NCBI RefSeq assembly: GCF_006345805.1
Contig: NC_043011.1
Span: 1,178,001 to 1,242,000, forward strand
DNA length: 64,000 bases
Direction of reading: 5' to 3'
Source: Octopus sinensis
Lineage: Eukaryota
Position 1 is the first letter of the stretch, and each line of letters opens with the position of its first letter. A program made the position numbers and the translations under genes. Below the pieces are notes generated by a model that had not been told where the DNA came from, made no database searches, and worked only from the letters and a program-made list of their open reading frames with translations. Positions 54,029 through 64,000 of this stretch are shown here, in pieces.

Positions 54029-57000
54029 AACACAGACACATTTATAAATATATGTATATGCAGTTGGTGATTGACTGAAACTTTAGGAAAAAATATTTAC
54101 ACATGCATTAATGAAAATATTCCGTCTCCACATACATACACATCTAAACAAATGTGTATTTATGTATGTAATGATAAGTGTATAACAGCATTGATGGTGA
54201 AACAAATTTAATACACCATATTGATAAGCATAAAAGTTGATGTCATTTTATGCTGTTTTTATTCAATTTCATTTCATTTTTAAATGATAAACATTTGTAT
54301 ATAATGGAGACCCTTAAGATATTTTTGTTCTCAAGCCAAATAAGAAAAATGCTTGTCAAATTTATTGCAAAAAAGTCATTAAATAACTGCCAAGCTATCA
54401 TAAAGGACATTACAGAACCATTTCTCTTCGAGTAGAAACTGGTTTTGTATTGAAAATTCCAAATCTTTCTGCAAAAAATAGAAATATGTTTCAATTTTAC
54501 ATTTTCAAAATCTAAAAACACTTTCATTACAGAAAATAGAAGTATGTGGTAGTTTTGATTTTAGTGCACCTCCCTCTCATTTGGTTTCATTGATTTTTCT
54601 GTAAGATTTGTCAGAAATAAAGCAAATGAAAACATTTACATAAGTACCAAGTTACATGCTACTAAAAACAAATACTTTTTATTATAATTTTATAAAATTT
54701 GTTTCTAAGTTTAACTTCATAATATTTAGATAGTTGCTCACATGAAAGCTTCCACTAATAGGAATGTTTGAGTGCATGAGTTGCAGATCTCATGGTCATG
54801 AGTTCCCAGTCTACAATTTTAAAATATTTGGCTCAAATTTGCTTACTCTAATTATTTATCAAAGTTTTAAATATATTCATCCTCTTGGATTATTAAATTT
54901 ATCAGTAGCTGATTTTCATAACAGTGTTAGTTATTTGAACTGCAGTAGAAAGTAATGTTAGGGAAAAATCATCGTATTGAATTCAAATTTACATCACTTA
55001 AAACTCGTTTGCATTGAATCTATACATTCAACCAAGAAATTCTTTTTTTCTGCAGATAAAATAATTATAATAGTGTCAAGGCTGGTGATAAATTTTGAGA
55101 TTATCTCAGTGCTGTTGGTTTGTCTGTTCAGTTTATTAGCTTTGGGTTGTGAAAAAGCTTTCAGACAATTGAATATAAATCAACTACTTTTAAGAACTAT
55201 AGAGTAACAACTGAGCCCATATTAAGTGAAAATTTGTAGGAGAATCTTCTTGACATGTGATATTTGAATAAGTGAAAGGTAATCAATTAATCAATAATTA
55301 GATTACTTGTCTGTAGCACAATCAAATATTATAATTTGTTGCATTAAATTGTAAAATAATGATGTATTATACAAGTTGAGCAATGATTTGACGTATATAA
55401 TCTTAATGTTTGTTTAAATTCCAGTCAGAATTTCCAGTGTTTCAATGATACCATTTAAAATTAGATCATGTATTGCTTTATGAAGTCAAGTGTGGGGGAT
55501 TTTGTCAGTGTATGGAACATTACTTAAGAGAAATATATGTGAAGTAATTAAAGAATGAGATTGTGCATATAGGTGTCAGTCAAATTCACTGTATGTGTTT
55601 CAGAGTAGCATTTTACCTAACTTCAGTTCATTTGTGTATTGAAAATAAGCAAATCATCTCTAAGAGTATTAGTAGAGCAGCATTTTATTCAGAAACAGTT
55701 TTGTCTCTCCTTGATGTAAAGACATAAAACTTGATCTATGCATCCACTTTAAAATTTTTTCTGGATTTAAGAGGCATTTATGTACATATTTATAAATTAA
55801 TTTCTCTTTGAATAATCAAAAATATTGCGTAAGTAAATTTCTTTTGTGTAGAAACTGAATGCTAGAGAAAGAGCCAATCCAGATTTACACCATATTCATT
55901 TGATTTTATCCTTTAGCATTATCCTGTTTGATGTATTAAGAACATTTCCGTACATTAAACACTTATGAACATACTAAATCTGTCTAAACACCACTCTATA
56001 AGTATTAATCTAATAAAACTTATTTTCATAAGATTTTATAAGAGCTGATATTATACTATAAAGTTAGAATAACACTCACATGTCTGTTGCTACTAATAAT
56101 GGTGGAAACTATTTATCAAACAACTTTGGTGTTGTGCATACTGTTATTAAACTAATGCGAGAAAATATTTTTGAATTCTACCAGTATAATGTCTCACATG
56201 CTATTAATACAGTTTTCTTCAGATGATATCTTTGATGTATCCAAGAAAACATATAGGACCAAATGATATACACATGTAAATTAGACGGTAAATAAAATGA
56301 CGATAAAGTTGAGAACTAATGTTTTTACTATCATCCAGTTGATATTAAACATATTGCAAATTTTGTCCGACACTGTTTAAAGCAAATTTCGAAAATTCAA
56401 AAGTAAAAGTACAGAAGCTGCTTATTAGTATACAGAACAAAGTCTATTTAACTGATTCACTCTGACTTACAATGTTGACTAAAAGTAGCTTGATATTATG
56501 ATTTATTGATCAACAAATGATGTGATGCTATATCAACAAAACTTGTTTCAGAAATCTTGCTCAGTTTCTGATGAATAGAGATTAATAGCCTTCTTAAACA
56601 ATTTTTCCAAATGGCAAACTTATTACCTAATTTCAATTAATTTTGAGGTAGTTATTCTGCTAACATTGTTGAAAAGATATTTCCAGACAAAATTCATTTC
56701 TCTTAATTATCTAGTGATATTTCTAGTATCTTAAAGACTTTTGTTTTTCATTCAAACTCTAGTTTTTACCTCAGAGTAATTTAGAGATTTTCATATTTAA
56801 ACTTAAATCCGGACTAATTTTATCTAACCTTTCATCTTTATGAAGTTAATAAAAATATACAGTTAGTAATATATTTAGATGAATAGGGAAGAACTAGAAT
56901 ATAAGTTAGGTATTAAGTTTGGTGTGTTGGCCAAATGAAAATCATTAACTGCTATGATACCACTGACTGATCTGCTTGGAAGTGATTTGAATAGTTTAAT

Positions 57001-57924
57001 ATAACTGAGAAGGAATTAAACTACATCCAGTGATAATGTTCCAGCTCAAAAGTTCTAGAATCACTCTGGCCTGGAGTGGTAATACCTGTTAAGGACCCTA
57101 GTTATTGATCAAATAGAATGAGTTAGTCCTGTGGATAAGGTATATAGAACTCAAGTAAAGATAGGTCCCTATGTATGTGTCATACAGGCTCACTGAAGTT
57201 TCTAGGTCTGTGTCATACAGACTCACTGGTGTGTGGACATGCCTTGATATTGCCCCAACCCTAAGGGTTAAATAGGCCCTATACCTCAAGGGTAAGTTTA
57301 GGAGAGCTGGTGATAAGCAGTGCAAACTGTAAATAGACCTACAGAATGCAACAGAAAGCTATTATTTTATTTTTCTCAAGAGAAATTATGCATTTTCAAA
57401 CTTTGTCATGGAGATCCAAGATGTCTGCTGGCAAGAAAGAGGAAGAGAGAGAGAGAATGACAGAAAGTGGGGTAGATAATTAGATTATTTTAATTTATAT
57501 AAAGGATTTTATACACAAAATAATGCTTGTGATTAAACTACATCTTGTTAATTTTCCTATTTTTTAATTAAATGTGAATGTTAATTTTCCTCATATTTCT
57601 GAGACTAAATAACAAACAGAATCATCACAAATATATCTTCACTTCAGATTTTTCTAATAGCATGGACTATAAGTTTATGACAATTTATTTTTCTCTATCT
57701 TATTTGTAAGCCAAAAGCCTATGGGCTCAGTGTTCTCAGTTTTGACTTCAAATTTTTCCCATCTTTAATGCTGGTACCCCTCATATTTTACTAATGGCAA
57801 TTTATTTTACACATACAAAATATTTAATTTTTGTTTTCATTTTCAAGAAGTAAATGTAGAAAATATCATGGTCAAGAAGAAGGCATTTTGCTATTAATGT
57901 GGAAGCAATTCAACCTGGATGCAC

Positions 57925-58333
57925 ATACTCTTTTATTTGTTTCAGTCATGTGACTGTGGCCATGCTGGAGCACCACCTTTAGTCGAGCTAATCGACCCCA
58001 GGACTTATTCTTTGTAAGCCTAGTACTTATTCTATCAGTCTCTTTTGCTGAACCGCTAAGTCACGGGGACGTAAACACACCAGCATCAGTTGTCAAGTGA
58101 TGTTGGTGGGGGGACAAACACAGACACACAAACATATACACACTCATACATTTATATATATATATATACACACATATATACGATGGGCTTCTTTCAGTTT
58201 CTGTCTACCAAATCCACTCACAAGGCTTTGGTCGGCATGAGGCTATAGTAGAAGACACTTGCCCAAGGTGCCATGCAGTGGCACTGAACCTGGAACCATG
58301 TGGTTTGTAAGCAAACTACTTACCACACAGCCA
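57925..58333 (-). mobile_element. SINE A
   Basis: Full-length reverse-complement copy. Confidence 0.9.
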
Positions 58334-59477
58334 TTTCATTCTGATAATTTTCTTTTCTACGCAACATCATTGCCCATTCTAGGGTAGATATCTTAGAAAA
58401 TTAATACTTCAGAATGAGTTGTGGAAATTAGTTACAAATAATGAGCTTGCAATGCCTGAGGATAATCGGGATAAAGCTTTGATTCTGAGACCTCTTTCCT
58501 AGTTAAGTAAGACATTCATTGCCTCATAAATAGCCATGGAATAAGATTTTATCCATGGTAAATTATTGTACACAAATCAAGATTTTGATCTAAAGTTATC
58601 TTTATCATGAGTTTCAGATCAAGCTCTGAAGCTGACTACTTGTAGCAATTTTTCTTCCCACTTCTTGAGGCAATAAAGAAAATTGAGCACCTGACATAAG
58701 ATCAACAAATCACTGTATCTCATGTTTCTTACTGTAGAAGCATTATTTTGACTGGATACCAATATGCAGCAAGCCGGACCGAGACAAAAAGAATTACCAA
58801 GTATCACAGTTCATAAATGGGGAAACTCAATCCATACGATGTTAGTCTGATCATGTTTCTGATGAACAGCAGCAATGAAGTTGTAAATGTAATTCAGATG
58901 TCCTATATGAGAAATCTCTCAACATAACCAGTATTATAGTTATACAGATATTCTCGTCAAGGGGACCTGAAATAGATCAATTTATAAAGAGATTTGAATG
59001 GAATATTAGACATAATAAGCTAAATTAACTGGTTTCAAAATATCTTTGATGTATATATGAGAATAGAAAAAATAATTTCATTTATAGGATTTCACATACA
59101 ATAGACACCTACATTCATGCACACATACATATACATACTAACACAGATACACTCTTAAATAATATTTTATGTTGCTTTACAAGGAAAAGATTTCTTTGAT
59201 ATATTTATTAATATCTTGAGTAATTATGAATATTTTCTCTAGTGTAGGTTTAGCAAGTGTTTTTTTTTCTCTTACAGAATATAAAATAAAACATAAAATG
59301 AAGATAAGTCACTATGGATGAAAATTATTGGCAATTTTCTGTCATATTTTATGTTGAATATGTAGACTTCTGTAATATTTCTTGTTTATTTTCAATTTTC
59401 TGCAATCTGTTTGATTAAACATGTAATATATTGTGTTAATGTTATGTTGCTAATAATGACAAATTTTGAAATATTCT

Positions 59478-59779
59478 ATTTCGTTTTTGGATTTGGTTTG
59501 CAAGATTCTTTATATGAGTTCGTGTGTTGAAGCATATTCTGTTGTGTCTGGGGAGAGTCATTCTCTTTTAGTGCCTTATTATTTAACACACTCACCGGTA
59601 AAATTTCCACTTATTTCTTATTTTTATTTTCTAAAATTTTCATTGTGTCTTGCAACATTTTCAATAGTCTTGATGCAACGAAAATTTTAGAAAATAAAAA
59701 TAAGAAATAAGTGGAAATTTTACCGGTGAGTGTGTTAAATAATAAGGCACTAAAAGAGAATGACTCTCCCCAGACACAA
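59478..59779. mobile_element. Fold-back (5'-inverted) retroelement fragment with 12-bp TSD, probably Penelope-like
   Basis: 108-bp inverted arms 59542-59649 and 59672-59779 with a 22-nt loop; direct repeat TTGAAATATTCT at 59466-77 and 59780-91. Confidence 0.7.
59631..59667 (-). ncRNA. Putative minimal hammerhead, U3-A8 core variant (degenerate)
   Basis: Minus strand reads CTA-TTGAAAA-T-GTTGC-AAGAC-ACAAT-GAAA-ATT-T-TAG. The inverted arm keeps GCAAC-GAAA-ATT-T-TAG (59675-90), which gives a perfect stem II. Stem I is only 3 bp. Confidence 0.4.
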
Positions 59780-60051
59780 TTGAAATATTCTCTTTAGAAA
59801 CAATGTGACACAATTTGTTTTATTCTTTTATTTGTTTCAGTCATTTGACTGCGACCATGTTGGAGCAGCGCCTTTAGTTGAACAAATTGACCCTAGGACT
59901 TATTCTTTATAAGCCTAGTCCTTATTCTATCGGTATCTTTTGCTGAAATGCTAGGTTATGGGGATGTAAACGTAGCAACATCAGTTGTCAAGTGATGGTG
60001 GGGGACAAACACAGACACTAAACACAAACATATCCACACACACACACACGC

Positions 60052-60095
<44 letters not shown>

Positions 60096-60314
60096 TAGTC
60101 AATTTAGGGTAGCAAAAAAATTCAATAGAAATTTATCGCTACCAGCGGCCTGGTGGAAAAGAGAAAATAGTCAACGACTAAATATATATATATAACAATT
60201 TAGGAGTGACCCTAACAGGTCATTCGTCCACCAGAAAGAGCAGCCATAACTCACACCGCCAAGTAGTAGTAATTCAGAAATTAGGTGAAAATTTAAAAAC
60301 ATTTACCCCAATTC

Positions 60315-60418
60315 ATCTTTTAGACGTTGCAACGTTTCTGTGTCATTAATGATTAAATTAGCTTAATTAAATTAAATTAAGCCAATCTACCATAGGTTAC
60401 ACTTCATCAGTAAAAAAC
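60315..60418 (-). ncRNA. Type I hammerhead ribozyme (monomer 1)
   Basis: Exact reverse complement of the 61250-61353 motif; TCATCAG at 60404-10, GAC at 60323-25. Confidence 0.8.
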
Positions 60419-60786
60419 CTGGGAGAGACAATATACACGAGGCGTCTGTATCGATGCCTACGGAATATAGTCTTAAAATTTTCAAGACTGACGTATTCGC
60501 GCCAAACTTATCAGCAGTAAATATAAACTGCCGATTCAATCTCAGAATTATTCAGAAAATTATCAATTAGTCAATTTAGGGTAGCAAAAAAATTCAATAG
60601 AAATTTATCGCTACCAGCGGCCTGGTGGAAAAGAGAAAATAGTCAACGACTAAATATATATATATAACAATTTAGGAGTGACCCTAACAGGTCATTCGTC
60701 CACCAGAAAGAGCAGCCATAACTCACACCGCCAAGTAGTAGTAATTCAGAAATTAGGTGAAAATTTAAAAACATTTACCCCAATTC

Positions 60787-60890
60787 ATCTTTTAGACGTT
60801 GCAACGTTTCTGTGTCATTAATGATTAAATTAGCTTAATTAAATTAAATTAAGCCAATCTACCATAGGTTACACTTCATCAGTAAAAAAC
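60787..60890 (-). ncRNA. Type I hammerhead ribozyme (monomer 2)
   Basis: Same motif 472 bp further on; TCATCAG at 60876-82, GAC at 60795-97. Confidence 0.8.
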
Positions 60891-61249
60891 CTGGGAGAGA
60901 CAAATATACACGAGGCGTCTGTATCGATGCCTACGGAATATAGTCTTAAAATTTTCAAGACTGACGTATTCGCGCCAAACTTATCAGCAGTAAATATAAA
61001 CTGCCGATTCAATCTCAGAATTATTCAGAAAATTATCAATTAGTCAATTTAGGGTAGCGATAAATTTCTATTGAATTTTTTTGCTACCCTAAATTGACTA
61101 ATTGATAATTTTCTGAATAATTCTGAGATTGAATCGGCAGTTTATATTTACTGCTGATAAGTTTGGCGCGAATACGTCAGTCTTGAAAATTTTAAGACTA
61201 TATTCCGTAGGCATCGATACAGACGCCTCGTGTATATTGTCTCTCCCAG

Positions 61250-61353
61250 GTTTTTTACTGATGAAGTGTAACCTATGGTAGATTGGCTTAATTTAATTTA
61301 ATTAAGCTAATTTAATCATTAATGACACAGAAACGTTGCAACGTCTAAAAGAT
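61250..61353 (+). ncRNA. Type I hammerhead ribozyme (inverted-arm copy)
   Basis: Stem I TTTTA(61253-57)/TAAAA(61346-50); core CTGATGA 61258-64; stem II GTGT/ACAC with an AT-rich extension (GCTTAAT/ATTAAGC); GAAA 61330-33; palindromic stem III ACGTTGCAACGT; GTC cleavage triplet 61343-45. Confidence 0.8.
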
Positions 61354-61472
61354 GAATTGGGGTAAATGTTTTTAAATTTTCACCTAATTTCTGAATTACT
61401 ACTACTTGGCGGTGTGAGTTATGGCTGCTCTTTCTGGTGGACGAATGACCTGTTAGGGTCACTCCTAAATTG

Positions 61473-61520
<48 letters not shown>

Positions 61521-63112
61521 GGGCTTCCTTCAGTTTCTATCTACCAGATCCACTCACAAGGCTTTGGTCAGCCCAAGGCTATAGTAGAAGACACTTACTC
61601 AAGGTGACAAGCAGTGGGACTGAACCCAGAACCATGTGGTTGGTAAGTAAGCTACTTACCACACAGCCACGCCTGCACCAAGTCTATTTTTTCTAAATAA
61701 CAACAGACGTTCATGTCAATTTGAAGGGCCTATCTGGTGAAACCTTTTCTTGGAATTACAGAATATTTCTAGATATTTCTTCTTTCATTTTTTCTTCTTT
61801 TATTTGTTTCAGTCATTTGACTGCGGCCATGCTGGAGCATGTCCTTCTCTTCACATTATAACAATACATTTCATAAATTTCAAGTTTTGTCTTATTATTA
61901 TGATAATGTGATGGTATTGTTAGAATACTGGACTAAATGCTCTGCAGTATTTGTTTCAGGTTTCTAAGTTCAAACCTCACTAAGATCAATGTGTCTCTCC
62001 ACTTTGTGAAGTTGATTAAAAATAAAGTACTGTTAATCATTTGGTAGGTACAATTTGATTACTTAATCCTGCCTTCAAATTTGTAGTCTTGTACATAGCC
62101 TGTAAATCATTATTAAACAACAAAAATGCCAGATATGCTTACTGCCTTGTAGTATTTAGTAAGATCCATTTGTTCTGAGTTCACATCAAGTTTGCCTTTC
62201 ATCCTTCTGGAGTAAATAAAATAATTATCTCTCAAATAGTTTCTATCTTTCAACTGAAAATACACGTTCCTCAAAATTCATGTACTTGCATTTATGCTAT
62301 TACTTTTCTGAAGTAATTTCTCTATCTACATTGTTCTTCTGGCTTCCTCTAGTTTTCATTGAGATGGTGAGTATTCAGAAACATTAGGGCTCTATCTTAA
62401 AAAGAAAACAATGAAAATTATTGCAGTCTTTGGATGGTCAATTCAACTGATTAACAGACAATGGATTGAGTGTCCATATCTTGTTCTTCGGTATGTATGC
62501 TTCCACTGACAACCATAGCTAAGACACCTGACTCTCAAAATTTAAACTCCAGTTTGTTGTAAGTAGGCTTCAAGGGATGGTTTAATCACCAGAAAACTAT
62601 ACAATATTTATAGTTGATGCACCAATGAGAGAAATTCTCAGTAAGTGATTTTGTCTTTTCTCTCCTTGCCTTATTTATACCTACAAGAGAAGTTAGACTC
62701 AATACTGCAATATAATAGACCTCTTGACAATCGTATTACTTAAAGTAGCAAGTTATTCCTACATTGTGATACTTATCTGTAAGATTTTTGAGAGAGCTTT
62801 AAATGTCTTTCTGTTGGACTGGGCTTTGATAAGTGTGCTCTATAATCAATTTTGTTACCATCGCCACAAATACAACCACCATATGTGCACAATGTTTTTA
62901 CTTCTCATTTGGTTATGATTGACTTTGCTTTTACTCATCTGACCATTGATAAAATATCAGATATACTGAGGTCAAACCAGTTGGCTCTGCACTTGTCTAG
63001 GAAATGACTTTGTGGCTAAATCACAAAACACAACACAACAAAACAAAACAAAGGGAATGCAATATCAACGAAGTAACAGCAGTTGTAGCATACTGGGTTA
63101 GATGCCTTAACA

Positions 63113-63483
63113 GAGGCGTAATGGCCCAGTGGTTAGGGCAGCGGACTCGTGGTCATAGGATCGCGGTTTCGATTCCCAGACCGGGCGTTGTGAGTGTTTA
63201 TTGAGCGAAAACACCTAAAGCTCCACGAGGCTCCAGCAGGGATGGTGGTGATCCCTGCTGTACTCTTTCGCCACAACTTTCTCTCACTCTTACTTCCTGT
63301 TTCTGTTGTACCTGTATTTCAAAGGGCTGGCCTTGTCACTCTCTGTGTCACACTGAATATCCCCGAGAACTACGTGTCTGTGGAGTGTTCAGCCACTTAC
63401 ACGTTAATTTCACGAGCAGGCTGTTCTGTTGATTCGGATCAACCGGAACCCTCGTCGTCGTAACTGTCGGAGTGCTTCCATCC
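63113..63483 (+). mobile_element. SINE family C1
   Basis: 13-bp TSD AGATGCCTTAACA (63100-12 / 63484-96). Confidence 0.92.
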
Positions 63484-64000
63484 AGATGCCTTAACATAAT
63501 TAATTTTAGTAAAATGTCCTTTGACATTGTACTAAAATTCTGCTGATGTTGACTTTACCATTCAGCCCTTGTGGTTGATAAAATAAATATCAGTGTTATA
63601 ATGGAATTGAGATTCCATTGATGATACCCTTTCTTCTATGAAATTTTAATGTGCACTAAGTTTCAAGAAATCAATATTCTTTCTGTTATAAAATTTACTA
63701 AAAAAAAATGTTGTTCATCATAAATCTAATAAATACAACAATTTATCTATTTCATTTTTTATTGATTATTATTTTTATCAAAATGAGTCTTTATTTATCG
63801 AAATCAGAATTCCAAACATCTTGTGAATATAATAATTCAACTGAAAAAATAAAAATTTGTAATAATGAAAGATTATGATCAATGGTTCCACTTCAGAAAA
63901 TAATTCCATATCATTTGAAAAAAAGCAAGTAAAATAAATTCTCTGAACAATTCTTCACAATGAAAGACCCCCACCTCCTAGCAAATGTGATTTCTTAGGA

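Larger units (their letters stand above)
60095..61474. mobile_element. Penelope-pLTR/retrozyme-like non-autonomous element: two tandem 472/473-bp monomers plus a third partial monomer in inverted orientation, inserted in (TA)n
   Basis: TTAGTCAATTTAGGGTAGC restarts at 60095, 60567 and 61040. 61083-61474 is the reverse complement of monomer 2. Monomers differ by one A (GACAATATA vs GACAAATATA). Each monomer carries a hammerhead motif; no ORF; (TA)n on both sides. Confidence 0.8.
59820..61678 (-). mobile_element. SINE A split by the HHR array (3' half 59820-60094, 5' half 61475-61678)
   Basis: The two halves are collinear and join at the internal (TA)n tract. Confidence 0.88.

Noticed and set aside
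57176-57228. 20-bp direct repeat with 33-bp period in a GC-richer patch
   Set aside because: Only two copies and no ORF or terminal structure; probably an unidentifiable TE remnant.

Overview
AT-rich animal genomic DNA with no confidently identifiable host gene; it looks intronic or intergenic. The tRNA-headed SINE families, RTE/CR1 LINEs and abundant (TA)n/(CA)n tracts point to an octopod cephalopod (inference). The window is a nested collection of mobile elements: three or more SINE families (>25 copies), decayed RTE, CR1 and R4/Dong-type LINEs, a decayed mariner with TIRs, hAT-, piggyBac- and Merlin-like MITEs, a ~5.6 kb degenerate 37-bp satellite and many microsatellites. The main discovery is five unrelated small non-coding elements that each carry a type I hammerhead-ribozyme (HHR) fold with a palindromic stem III, as in Penelope-like pLTRs and retrozymes. 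Two of them appear to have compensatory swaps at the core 3-8 base pair (G3-C8 and U3-A8). The youngest is a 1.38 kb tandem-plus-inverted array of a 472-bp HHR monomer inserted in the (TA)n of a SINE. All RNA structures were read by eye; no cleavage activity is shown.
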